This document shows, piece by piece, positions 11,488 through 24,109 of a DNA stretch of 64,000 bases; positions within the stretch are counted from its first letter, which is position 1, and each line of letters begins with the position of its first letter. The position numbers and the translations under genes are program-made. A model generated the notes under the pieces. It was not told the DNA's origin. It saw nothing but the letters and a program-made list of their open reading frames with translations, and did not search any database. Source of the stretch: Rhodosorus marinus CCMP1338 (lineage: Eukaryota; Plantae; Rhodophyta); contig JAMWBK010000009.1 in the NCBI GenBank assembly GCA_029953675.1, positions 806,001 to 870,000 of the forward strand, in the 5' to 3' direction.

Positions 11488-13068
11488 TCATATCGATCCG
11501 TACTTCATTGCGCTCACGTCAAAACCCGGCATGGAAAAGCCCGAGGAGAAGGTTTCCACTTCCTTCTTCAAATCCGCAAGATCCGAGTTACCCGCTAACA
11601 TCGCTTCGAAATCCTTCAACTTCTTGCCTGACTTCTCCTGAATTTTCAGGCCTACTTGGATGCCCTTATGCAGAAGCCCCGCAACTCTCTCGAAGTCTGA
11701 CTCAACAAATCCTCGCGTAGTAAGTGCGCATGTTCCAACCCGCACTCCGCCTTGAGAAGAGAAGAGGCTTGCCTGTCAGCACCCTACCTTCGGAAAGCTC
11801 AAGAGTGCTTGGTTTGTTCAAATGCGGCATGAATCTTACCTGGATTCATTGCAGACTTATCTCCGTGAACAGCGTTCTTGTTCAAAGTAATGGACACCTC
11901 ATCGAAAAGAGACTGGGCCTTTCCACCGGAGAATCCAGTCGGCCTCAAGTCCCAAAGGACGATATGATTTTCTGTACCGTCTGTTACAAGCTTGTACCCG
12001 AAACTCTTCAGTTTCTCCGCCAGCACCACGGCATTCCTTCTGACCTGTCGAGAGTACTCCTTGAACTCCGGCGTCGTCACCTCTTTCAACTGAACCGTCA
12101 AAGCAGCGATCTGATGGTTGTGTGGCCCTCCTTGCAAGGATGGGAAAACTGCCTGGTTAATCTCCGATTCTATGTTCAAGTTGTGTCCTGTTTGTAGTTT
12201 TGAAAGGCACGATTGGTTAGGCTACCGGGCTTAGAGCTGAACGCTTCACTGGCAAGGGCATACCCTGACCACATATAGGTTTTCTGCGGTAAAAGATCAT
12301 GCCCGATCTTGGCCCTCGAAGAGACTTGTGAGTTGTCGTTGTAACTACGTCGGCGTACTCGAATGGTGATGCGGCCTCTCCAGTAGCAACAAGTCCAGAT
12401 ATATGGGCCATATCGACCATTAGATAAGCGCCAATCGAGTCACAGATTTCCCGGAATCTTCGATAGTCCCACTCACGCGGGTATGCGCTTCCGCCTGCAA
12501 CGATGATCTTTGGAATAAAAAGCTGAGCATCGTGCTCAAGCTTGTCGTAGTCAATGTACCCCGTTTCCATGTCCACTCTGTACGGGAGAGACTCAAAATA
12601 GATCGAGGTAGCTGAAACCCGCTTCTTTGCTGTGTAGAAACCGTGCGTAAGGTGCCCTCCGGACGGAAGATCAAGTCCCATGATCCGATCGTGCGGCTTT
12701 ATAAGCGCTGTATAGAGCGCAAAGTTGGCTGGAGAGCCTGAGTAAGGCTGAACATTAACACCCCATTCCTCGGCACTCACTCCGAACGCGGAAAGAGCAC
12801 GCTCTTGACACAGTCGCTCCAGTTTGTCCACAACCTCGTTGCCTCCATAATACCTCGCTCCTGGATACCCCTCGGAGTATTTATTTGTGAAGACGGACCC
12901 CAAAGCATCGATAACCGCTTGGGAAGTGAAGTTTTCAGAAGCAATTAGCTCCAAACCCTTCCACTGCCTTGCCTTCTCCTGTTCTATCAGATCGTAAACC
13001 TCGGGATCCAACTCCTCTAATCTTACATTGCCGGACGCAGCCCCCGCTGAGGACCCTTCCACAACCAT
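11488..13068 (-). CDS. SHMT: Serine hydroxymethyltransferase, cytosolic type; introns 12188-12263 and 11751-11839
   Basis: [39 protein letters not shown]-lysine motif, [10 protein letters not shown]; no N-terminal presequence. Confidence 0.98.
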
Positions 13069-13238
13069 ACTTTCAACCCTCCCCCCCCCCCAAAAACCCA
13101 GGTTCTTACTCAACAGGTAAAAAAAGCCTGGTCGGATCAAACCCGATGTCAAAAAACCAGCTCAAAAAAACTAGAAAACAAAATTATCACGGTCAAGATC
13201 CAAACACAGATCTTTTCCAAGCTCGCCGGTTTCCCTGT

Positions 13239-13253
13239 CTCTCTCTCTCTCTC
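13239..13253. repeat. (CT)n microsatellite upstream of SHMT; similar GA/CT tracts at ~17424-17451 and ~39865-39897
   Basis: Directly visible dinucleotide runs near gene 5' ends. Confidence 0.8.
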
Positions 13254-13825
13254 TCGAGATCTTGTTCCCTTAAACACCTTTCACGCCGGGGACATTGCCA
13301 AAGTAATATTGGCCTCGGGCCAAGGCCCCAGGTCAATGTCGGGCCAAGATCCGCCCATTGTTCCCTGTTGGAATTTTCCCGTACCGTGGGATCGACAAAC
13401 CTAAAAAATGAATATCCTTGATTGAATATAACGGACTGGTTTTATTTTTAATAGCATATTTTACGATATTTTAACTGTATACAATATATTGTATCGTATA
13501 TCTCAGGGTGTCGATAAGTACGTCACTTGCTGAACAGGAAGGTAGGATTTGGGAGAATGCGTGGGGATCTGGCGTTGGAATGTCGGGTGTTGGGTTTGGA
13601 GTGCTTGGGTTCGGTGAGACTGCCGATCAATCGATGATTGCAAGAGTATTTGATATCTTAGCTTTTCGCAAAGGTTATGGACCGAGCTTATTCTTCAACA
13701 GCTGAAAATCACAAAGCTATAGAAACACATCCTGCAATTTTGTGGGGGAAGTTTAGTAAATAAATAATACGGGCCAATTTGATTCTTCATATATTTTTGT
13801 ACAAAGTAGCTAACTATCCCTCGGT

Positions 13826-15857
13826 TCAAGAATGGTACGCGGCCATCCTGGACTCTGATAGTGGTATGTCACTCTTCCTCTTGTGCTTCTTTCGTTTTTT
13901 CGGTTTTGACTCGCCTCTTTCTCGATCGCGATTGGTCCGTTCCTGTATTCCTTCCTTTTCGCCCTTGGAAGACATGTTTCTGTTCTTGGACTTCTTCGAT
14001 CCCTTTTCTACTGTCGCGCTTCCTGTGCTCTTCTGCTTAGCAGTTGTCTTCCGAGATGACTTTTCGGTTTTGCCGATCGACCCACTAAACCTCTTTTTGC
14101 TCTTCTGAGCTTTCCCTACGCGGTATGGAGCTAATCGCTTGAGCGGCATAATCCGATTAAGCTCCTGGTCATCAGTCGTTAGTATCTGCTCCATTGTCAG
14201 ACCGTAATTCTCAGGCTCCACTGTTTTGTACTTGAACTTCAGCTCCTCACGTTCCATGTACTTGGATGCGTCGATATCGTAGTACTCCTCCACAAGGGCT
14301 CCAAGTTTTTCATCTTCCAATTCCTGTCCATGGTTTGCACCCTTGTTTCCAGCTTTACCATTCGCAGCATCGCTCCCGCCTAGATCTTCCAGCAAACTTT
14401 CACCCTGGAAAGGATGAACCGTTTTATCCTCATCCTGCCCGTAGTAGTCCTCACCAAACTTTTGTGCCATCTTCTCGGCGAACTTGTCGGGGTCAAAATC
14501 CTCGTCAAGGTCGAAATCATCGAATTGAACGCCACCACTCGTTTGTTCCAGCTGCTTCAATCGCTCGTTAATCTCAACCTTTTTCAGATTCTTCAAACGG
14601 TTGATTTCCTCTAACTTCTCTTGCTTTTTCTGTTCCTTTAGAAGCCTCTTCCTCTCTCTCTGTTGCTTTCTACGATCATCTACGCGTCTCGCAGAATCAT
14701 CAACCTTCCGAGAGTAGGATACAATATTGGTCCCCTTGTCCTCCTCAAAGCGGAAATTGTGTGAGCGTTCAGCAGCATCCTGCTGGTCGAGAAATTCTTC
14801 CTCCTCCTCCACTTTTACATTGTCGATCTCAATGTCATAAGTCGAGGCATCAGGTGGGGCTCCTTTGTTTTTATCCAGCCAGCCATTGTTCATAATGAAG
14901 TCCCGAAGAAACCTCTCTTTGTCATCTGTGGTCTCCTTCTCCAAGTAGCTGTGAAGCAAGTATTCCTCTCCACGCTGCTTTCCAAGATTTCTGCTCCTCA
15001 CCAGCGCAAAGTGTTCATAATCCTTCTCCTCTGCTAGCCTTTCCTCGTCAGTTATCTTCTTTACTTTGAAAAAGTTGTCTTCGGAGTCGTCACTATCATC
15101 ATCGGGTTCCTCTAGTCCTTCTGCAATGGCGTCTTTTAGTTGCTTTTGCTCACTGTCGTACACTTTTGAGTTGGACTTTTCCTGTTGCGTTATGAAAGAA
15201 ACGGTCAGAGCTCACGTCCCGGAAAGCAACTGTTGATAGTTGACACACCTGTTGACCATCGTCTTCATCTTCAGAGGACGAGCTTTCTGCAAGAGTGCCC
15301 TTCTCGAGGATCTCTTTTCGAACGTAGTCCTTTATTGTCAGCCTTTCCGGGACGTCATCATCTTCATCTGCATCCCACCCTGCGACTGGTTCGTCATCGC
15401 TACCGAGCTCTTGCGTGCTTGTTGGATCTGCACCATCCTCCCCCTCGGGCTCAACGTCCTGGAAAAATTTCACGTTCTTGTCGTACACTCGAGCGTCTTT
15501 GCTGCGAATTGCCTGTAGGGTTTCGCCAATCCTTTGGTCAATTTTCTTCGTAAGCAGAACTGCATTGTCATCCTCTGATTCTGAGGTGGACGAAAAAGCC
15601 TCGTCCTGGTCATCATTGAGATCAATTCCTAAACTGTTGGCTGCATTCATTGAGACGCCGAAGGAGCACATATCAAGAACGTTAGCTTGCTACCAAACGA
15701 GGGGAGGGAAAACGACCGGAAATTCATAACCGCTCTCATTCTTGAAGAAATACACACCTCGATGCAGTTCCTGTTTCCGCTTCTTCCGCTCGAACTCTTC
15801 AGCGTAGGCCTCGTTGATTTGCAGCCCACTGCCCGCGTTCTTCTTCTTCCTCGGCAT
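13826..15857 (-). CDS. KRI1: KRI1 40S biogenesis factor, multi-exon
   Basis: LQINEAYAEEFERKKRKQEL, ERFLRDFIMNNGW, YNFRFEE-like HNFRFEE, FKYKTVEPENYGLT..IL..DD.ELN..MPLKRLAPY. Confidence 0.95.
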
Positions 15858-16540
15858 GCTTGAATTTTCTCTCCGCCTAATAGCAAAACTGATAAGTCGA
15901 AACCTATGTCTAAGGGAACCCAAATGAAAGGACGCCCGCACACCCCTGTCGCCAGCGACGGCCCGGGTTGCGCCTTGCTTTAACACAGCAACCTCTTTTG
16001 GCTGTTCTCGGGGGATGGTTCAAACTCTTGTACAGAGGTCAAACCTAATTTATTCATAATCTAGCTACTGCGTGCAGCCGAAGATAGTTCGGTAAATCTT
16101 CACAAACAGAGCCAGAAGGAAAAAAAATTTCCGCTTTCTTGCCACGCACAGACCCGGGTCACAGTAGTTGGGGAACACATTTTCGGGCGCTGACGAGCAC
16201 CAGGTAGGTTTATCACATATTTTTCCACTTCAACTGTTTAGTAACGACACATTTGTTCGCCTTCATTAGATTCGTATAGTCTTTCATAAAGCCGTGAAAC
16301 AGAAATTCCCGCAAAACCTTCCCTCATGTCAGCAATTCAATCAATTAAAATTAAATGATTGATAGTTTTGATTGATCCATCGTCGCCGGCTGACACCGGT
16401 TATTGAATTTTCATACAATATGTGTATATTGATATTTGTTTACTTTTTATTGTTCAGGCGGAGTTTCCCGAACGTGTTCTTAGTAGAGAGTTAGCATGAC
16501 CTCGCGTCTCCATGGTGCCTCCTTGAGGAGTTTACACTCC

Positions 16541-16630
16541 TGCCCGAGCTGGTGGATTGTACGTTTCAATGTTCACGATGGATGTTTTTTTCTGATAAAG
16601 TATTTCACTGAAGAGAACGAGTGCAAGTGC
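16541..16630 (+). mobile_element. Possible MULE/FAR1-type WRKY-like zinc finger remnant
   Basis: CPSWWIVRFNVHDGCFFLIKYFTEENEC resembles CPWRIxA...DG.F.IK.Y..EH.C; no DDE domain visible. Confidence 0.2.
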
Positions 16631-16956
16631 GTGGGTTCCCGTCCAGGTCCTGGGCAAAAACCCGGTTGCATGTGTCTCTCATCGGGTGGAATCCTTCCCT
16701 CTACGAAAATCGGTGGACTGAAACGGGATGCTCCTCCGCTCTTCTAGTTTTAAGTCGTCACTCTGCACTCGATCGACGGTTCATGGCGATTGGAAGCTTT
16801 TTCGTCCTGGATATACTCAGGGGTGATCAAGACCTATGCTATGTTTGGTTGGCGAAAGCTGAATACTCCGGCGGCAAAGAAGTACAAGGAAAAGACGCAA
16901 GCAGGGAGTCTAGCAACGGATTCCCCGTATCAGGCGCTCGTCGGCTCGCTCTAACA

Positions 16957-17031
16957 TACGCACGAGGACTCGTCGTGCGTAGCCGGCTGTTTAAGGCGTA
17001 GGATATAGCCTACGCCTTAAACAGCCGGCTA
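16957..17031. repeat. Two adjacent perfect inverted repeats (9 bp and 23 bp)
   Basis: TACGCACGA/TCGTGCGTA (16957-16981); TAGCCGGCTGTTTAAGGCGTAGG-ATATAG-CCTACGCCTTAAACAGCCGGCTA (16980-17031). Confidence 0.95.
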
Positions 17032-17477
17032 AGCGAAGACCAATCACTTAAAATGACACGTTGATTCATGAATGCCATGGACAGCTCCCTCCATTGTTGT
17101 TGAGGGACTATCTCACCCACACAATACCCCCAGCCTCCTCCTTATCCCAAACCCTCACAAAAAAAAACCCTATCCATAAGACAATCATTTAAAATCGTAC
17201 TTTGATTGATAAGTCACCCTCCCCCCAACCGAACCGCGGATGGCGGTGGACCTATTTCAATTCTAAAAAACTTTTACAGTGGTTTTCGGGGATGAGGATG
17301 GAGGAAGAAGAATGTAGTGACTTATTAGATGAGAAACGGGTGCATTTCCTGTTTGTAGGATGCGCCTGGGAAAAGTTGACCAACAGTTTTGCTGGCTTAG
17401 TGAGGGGTTTTGGAAACAAGAGACAGAGAGAGAGATAGATAGATAGAGAGAGATTCTGTCTGCTTGCTGCCGCGGGG

Positions 17478-19703
17478 ATGGTTTTGGGGATGTCTGCTAC
17501 GGCGGAGTTGGTTGAGGAGAAAGGGAAGAATGAGTGGAAGACACGATGGGATCACCATCGTGGGTCCTGTAGTGGTGTAGAGCTGCGTTCTCTGGGGGAT
17601 GATGGATTGGGAACGGATTTTGCGTGTGCGGAAGACGGCCGGTTGCTCGCCTGGAGTGGCGAGCGGGGTCGGCTTATCGAGACATTGCCAGAGGACGGCT
17701 GCTGTTATGTGGTGGCAATAGGTGAACGGAAATGTGTATCTGTTGGAAAGAATGGATCGATTACGATATATTCCCTCCAGAGTAAAGGTTTTGTCAGACA
17801 GCGGGGTCTTGATGCGGTGCAGCCGGGTGAATTGCAAGCGGCCACAGTATCACGAAGGAAGGAGGGAATTACTTGTCTCGTTGTGGTCAAGTCCCTTTCT
17901 TCAATTGTTCTATGCAAATATGAGAACATAGACGATTCACAGTCCACAGACGGATCAAAGACCTCGTTAGAGCCATCCCGTGATGGCGATGCTGTGGTCA
18001 GCATTGCGATGGTAGGTGAAGTTATTGTGCTTCTGCGGGCATCTGGACTATTACAATCTCTCAAGAACGGAACTTTCAAGTTCCAAAGGGAGCTTTCGAG
18101 CAATTCGAAGAAAGCTAGAAATCAGGCCTCCGAAATTGCGCAACTAGGAAAGACGGGCCCCTACTTTGTAGTTCTCTTCTGTGGTCGTCTTAGCTTTTGG
18201 GATAGCAAGTTTGGAATTGGGTTCTGCTATGTCGACCTTTCGAACAGTCCTTTTTTCGAGAGCATATCGGTATCACATTCGAGCGTCACACTTGAGACCT
18301 CAGAAACGGAAAGACGGACCTATAGAGTGATCTACGAGCTACCGAAACTAAGCTTGGCGTCAGCTGCAGCAGTAGGGCCTGGTGCCTGTGTCGAGATTGG
18401 AGATGTGTATGATGAAGCTCCAATCGGATCCATGCCTCAAATGACGGCGCCCTTAACCTCGGCTGCCGATGCCTCGACACTCGAGAGGTTTGAGAAATTT
18501 GTAGCAGGGTCTGAGAGGGACGATATGGACGCCTTCGGGCTTGTGGTGAATCCCACGAGAACTCCTGACAGTGACGCGCTGCTATCTGCGATGAAACTTC
18601 AAGGCATGAATGGAACTAACGCCGGACATAACACAGCGGATGCGCCGTCTGAGAGGCTTGCGTCAGCCGCGGCCGCGAGGTTTGTTTCCCTTGCTCCTGC
18701 TGGTGATGCCATGCCACAGCTTCTGAAGGCAAAACCCCTTCTGCTTTGCTTCGCTCAGGTGCGTCGAAGAAATTGATCGTGGAAAACTGGACTTCGTACC
18801 AGCGCTCGCTTCCATCATCCGGACTGGCTCCGTCTCGCTCTCCGCGCTTACTGCATCCTACTCATCCCTATCGGGCAATGTGAGCACGAGCGGGGAGCTT
18901 TTGAGGATGCTCTACAAACGAGAAACAGCGTCTGTACTGCAAGAGGTTTTAAAGCATGTTAGAGATGTTCACGAGAGAGAGTATGTAACAGTTGCGTCGC
19001 TTGCTCTAGCTTGGATGCGTGTCGGAGAGGACGAGGAAGCTGAGAGGTGGGACACCAGAGACACAGCTTTTCATCAAGTTTTGGTCGGGTTGGAGCACTG
19101 GTAAATGCTCAGGGAGTCTGTTGCTAACGTTCTTGATCGTCGCTCCCGACTTAGGCTTATTGAGTGCTGCGTTACTCATTCTACGGATCCCCGGCGACTA
19201 ACAGCTGCGCTGAAGTTCCTGACTATGAGGGACGTGATTGATTTAATAGATAGTCTCGATAGAACAGTGTTCTCGAGCTTTTGGTCCGAAGCTGATGATT
19301 TATCCATGGAAGTTCTCAACGAAAGCTACTTCGGCGAGTCGTCAACTCGGAAGCTGGGACGGCCCATTGAGAACGCGCTCACTTGGCTGTCCTGCCTAAT
19401 TGACGCACACTTCAGTTCGCTGATACTCGAGCAGGACTCCGTCGATAAGCTGCTCTCCGTGCTCAAATCTTCACGGGAAGCTAGACTTCTTTGCGAGGTA
19501 TGGAAGTACCCAACGTCTCGTTGCTGACAGATTTCGAACTGGTTGCAACTGTTTCCCCATGCCCTGCCCCTTAACACGCGAGTGTGCATCTTTCGTAGGC
19601 TTTAGAACCGTTCGAAGGGATGATCGACCACCTGATCAAAAGGAAGGACCTCCCAGTACCTCCGCGACCAGCGTTTGAGGTGCAGACCTTGTACTTGAGC
19701 TAG
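17478..19703 (+). CDS. NOL11/Utp8-like nucleolar protein (beta-propeller N-terminus plus helical C-terminus), multi-exon
   Basis: Beta-rich N-terminus; C-terminal ALTWLSCLIDAHFSSLIL and terminal FEVQTLYL typical of NOL11/UTP5-type C-terminal domains. Confidence 0.6.
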
Positions 19704-19879
19704 AAGTCGAAGCCAAGTTTTTGCGGATCCATGAATGTATCAACTTTGTACAAAGCGTGTTTTTGGAGTTTTGATGTTGTTTATAATTTTAGGTTCACGT
19801 TTGGAAAGCTACAAGTTGCGGAGAACTACAGTTCACCAAAAACAAATCTGATGCTTTCTATAGCTCTTTACGCTGACGA

Positions 19880-21708
19880 TCAGCCTCGTTTGGAAGAGTC
19901 TGCCTTTTCCCCACCACTCTGAACGATACACCCGTGGAGGGTGTACAGTCGATGGTTCTCCTCGATGCTGTCCTTGTCGTACTCGTAGTTCACGCACATT
20001 CCCAGACTCTCTCTCAGCCTCTGCTTCTCTGTATCTGCCATCCAGTTAAGTCTCAGGACGCTAGCTCCATTCCTTAGATGAAAGTTGGCAACAGGATCCA
20101 GCGCGCGGATCCTTTGCCTTTTCGCCTTGAGAAGGTAGTCCGAGCACAGCCTTTCTAGCTCGGCACGGTTCAGCTCAATAAGAGCTTTTCTGTGATCCAT
20201 CACAACAAGAGGGCCATTCACATTCAAACCGTTTTCAGATGCAACTAATCTCAGTCAATGCGTGCCCTCGGATTGCCTTACCTCGGAGCGAAATCTTCCT
20301 GAACGCCAATGCGTGTGATCGCCGCAATCATCTCCCTTGACAGGCTGGTGGGGGTGTTGGAGCGGACGATCTGTTGCAGGTATACGACGAATTCTGGGAG
20401 CGGGGATAGCGTAACGAACCTCGAGAGATTCCCGATTGATCCATCATTCGAGAGCTCCTCGAGCACACGCCTGATCAAGAATTCCCCTAGTGTAAGACCA
20501 CGCAGTCCAGCCTGCGTTGACGCTATCGCGCAGAACACCGCCGTTACTGGAGGGGACGTCGTCTCTTGAACTTGTTCCATTTCCGGAAATGAAGCAGGGA
20601 CACTACCACCTCCCACCAGAGCGACTTCGACGTAGACCAGAGGTTCATTCTCGAGCAGCGGGTGAAAGTATACATAGATTCTTCTACGCTTTTCCAGCCT
20701 CTTCGAAAGGAGTTTCCGAAACGCATCAAGAAAGGCAGTCGGAATTCATTCAGCTTCCTAGGCCTTAACTCACAGCTTGACAGGGCTGCAAAAGCCCTTC
20801 GCTTTCTGAAGATAATATGTTTGATCGCACAAGTACAGAGCAAAATTCTTTCTGAGCACTCTGAAAGCATTCACTACTGACATTGGGAGCGAACATAGCA
20901 TCTTCACAAAGCAAAGGGCTTGTACTGCACTGACCCCCTTCTCAGCCCGTATCTTCTGGATCCTCACGTTTCTAAAAACATAGAGTTTGAAGGGGAACAG
21001 ATCACCTTTTTCATATCTTCCCATGATAGGATCGGCTTTGGAGAATACATCCTTGAGTACTTCATTAACCTTAAAAGCAGATCCGCTGGCGAGCTCATCG
21101 ATATCCGCCTCAGGTGCATCATGCCAATGGAGAACCAGTCTCGCAACAGACGGGAGAGTACAACGAGAATTTCGTTTAGCGATTCGTCCTGTCGGAGACA
21201 AAAGTGTGCAAATTTTCAGGAGTTTTCAGTGAATAGGCTGTCTTCTCGAGCTTGGCGTAGCTCACTCGAGCGAAGATCAAACCTTCTTTTCATGCTGGAG
21301 GAGGTCGGCCCTCATTTGAACCACAACTTCCATCCCTCGCTTTGAATGGATTAGTAGCTGAAGCAATCCATTGTAAGCTGGAGTTATAGACCCTCTTAGA
21401 TTATCGAGGGAGGATCTGTCTCGAGGGTTCCAGCGATCAACCGCGAGAGCAACCTCCTGCGTGGAGCTCCCAAGATCGGCTCCAAGGATGGCGAGGGTTT
21501 GAATTCGGGATCCAGGAGTTTGTCCAATGAATCGATGACAAAACTCATTCAGCCCTGCCTCAGTAACTCCGGCCATTCTTCTCGGATCTCGAACCATCAT
21601 CCGCACCTGGCCGACCAACCGCTTCTCAAATCGAGGATCCACTCTCCTGCTTCGAAGCAGCCGTTCCCAGTACAGGTTCATCACCCTGGCCCTCCAATTC
21701 GAAGCCAT
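19880..21708 (-). CDS. MLYCD: Malonyl-CoA decarboxylase-like protein, multi-exon, divergent active site; N-terminus may extend upstream
   Basis: VVQMRADLL, WFSIG, FHPLLENEPLVYVEVAL, STQAGLRGLTLGEFLIRRV, TLSPLPEF, DPVANFHLRNGA, RLNWMAD, GMCVNYEY. Confidence 0.9.
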
Positions 21709-21789
21709 GATATTCCAGGTCTTGTTTCGAGGCCCTCAGCATTGAGAAGGTCGCCGATCAAACTCTAGCACGACTTAAGCAAACCTTTA

Positions 21790-22407
21790 TCGTGAGTTGT
21801 GATAATGTTCTCGCGCGACTCCAGATCTCGGACTCCACTTCCAATAGGTTCAAGTATAGATTTACGGCGATCACAAGTTTCCAGGAGCTTCTGTACCACG
21901 TCCAAGTCCAATATAAAAGGACCGTCGTCTTCTCCAGGTAGACCGTCAAGCCCTGCAAAACTTGCATCGGTTCTACCCCAATTGAGGGAAGTTCGGTGTC
22001 GGTCTGCAAGGACGGGTTCAACGTTCCAATGAGCTTTTATGTGATTCCAAAGAGCTCACAGATGCTACCTGAGGAATGAAAGAAAGCTGATCATCGTGCA
22101 AGGCTGTAAAAGGATTGCTTGCGAACACGGGAGGGACTGTTAAGAGGATCAACAGAAAACCAGAGCCGACTTTTACTTCCTGCTTATTATCCTACTTCCA
22201 CGTAGGTACAAATAATACACAAATAACAGTGTTGCGCTCCCTCGAAGTCCAGCCGACTACGGTTCTCGCTGGACGTTCAGAGCCAACTTTGAACCAAAAT
22301 ACAAGCCGCTGCCGCTGAAGAATCAATCGTTTAGGCGCCGTCATCTCCCCCTCCCCAGCCTTCACCTTTGCACAATCGATTTCGCAGCCAAGAGCATCTG
22401 AGCGCAT
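21790..22407 (-). CDS. Putative upstream exons (N-terminal extension of the MCD-like gene or a separate small gene)
   Basis: Protein-like open frame DASFAGLDGLPGEDDGPFILDLDVVQKLLETCDRRK flanked by splice-like sites; connectivity unresolved. Confidence 0.3.
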
Positions 22408-22500
22408 GAGGGAAGCAAACCTTCAAGACACAGCAGTATCGTCCATTCTGACCCTCCGTCTCCCCAACGCGTCTGCCTTGCTCGCCGAAATACAGAATAG

Positions 22501-23904
22501 TTAGGATTCCGAAGGCAAGTTCAGTTCTTGTCTTCTCCTCTCGATGATTTCACGGAGCCCCTCTGCGAAGATCTTCACGTTGTACTCGATGAGGCCAACG
22601 TTTCCGTCAAAGTTTTGCCTTCGCATGATACAGACTAGCAGCAGGTACTGAGAAACTTCTCTCAGGTAGAGGATCATGTTATTACTCAGATGGATTGTTG
22701 CTGTACTGCTTCTTCCCTTGCTCGATTTGTCGTCATCATCTTTATCAGCTGCACCTGTTATGGTTTCACGATAAGGGAGCTTTCAGACTCCTGTTTTCAT
22801 CGTTACGCAACGAGGGTCTGTACTTTTCTCTTCACCTTTCTTTGCTATCTTCTCGGAGTATATGCCGCCAAGGTCGATGTTGACCTCGATGAGGTCTGAG
22901 CAGAGTTCAAAGTCCTGAGGATGATACGGCGTTGAGTCCGTTGCTATGTAGAGTTTTGAGACTTCATCGAAGAGGAATGCCTTTTCCATAATGCAGCGAT
23001 TCACGAGAAGGTCGAGCATGCTCTCCAAGGCTCCAAGCTCGGAGATAAGACGTTGGACAACAAGAGAAAATGCTTCGAAGACCGAATGATCGAAAATACT
23101 TGTCGTCCTGTAGGAGATGCGATTAATGACCTGAATTGGAACGGAAAAGTTTCCATAGAATGCTGTCAGGTGGGCTTGATCCCAGAGAACGGACTTGATT
23201 AAGTGTACTTTGATAGACGATACCTTGTCGTTGCTTTCACGGAGTTCATCGTCCACGCGTTCTTGAAGCTCTGACTGACAGTATCGTCTCTGTTCTTCAG
23301 TCAGCGCGTCAGCTTTGTGGATGAAGACTTCGATGAAGATATTTGAGTTGGCGTTGTACGCTCTCAAAATCGTATCCTTCAAGCGGGAGAGCGCCTCATC
23401 TGTATTCTCAGATGTTACGTCGATAACGAAGATAAGCGCAGAGCACCCTTTCATTACGCTATCCAGATTCTCTTCTGCTTCCACTGATCCAAGTTTTCCA
23501 GGAATGTCGAGTATCTGCAGCTGAACAAACGCACTGTTTCCAACCTCATGCTTGTGGACGCTCTCCGTCGCCGCTAAAAAAACCGTTTCGTGAGGTGAAA
23601 TCTTATGGAAAACCACGCTCTGTACGCTAGATTTACCGCTCCTATGGAACAAAACAAAAACCGTAGCAAGCGCAAGAAATTTAGAACGGCAAAACTCGAC
23701 AACAACAGCAAAAAAAAACTGAAAACGCAAAGAGTCTTCTACGCACCCAGGAAGTCCTGCAATCAAAATCTGAGGTCTGCTTTTAGTTAAACTCTCCGTC
23801 GTCGGCCGCCCAACCCGCTCAGATCCATGCTCCTGATAAGATCCAGACCCCGGAACCGTGTACGGTCCATAGCTATCCGTCTGCTCCTCATATGAACCGT
23901 TCAT
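22501..23904 (-). CDS. RRAGC: Rag GTPase RagC/D (Gtr2), multi-exon
   Basis: GLPGSGKSSVQSVVFHKISPHETVFL after splicing, DIPG, FIHKADAL, TSIFDHSVFEAFSLVVQ, KLYIATDS, FELCSDLI, MILYLREV. Confidence 0.96.
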
Positions 23905-24109
23905 GTTTTTACAAGCTTCTTTCCTTTCCTCTCTCATAATCCTTCTCTACACTCTCAATTTATCCTTCAATTGCTTCCTTCCCATCCTTCCTTCCCATCC
24001 TTCCTCCGATCTTAGCAGCTATGGCTTTCTTTCATCCTGTTCAAAGGAACAGAGAAGCAATTTCTTCTCTCGCCATGTAGTCCGTGGAGTTTGTGAGAGG
24101 TGCTGGGAC

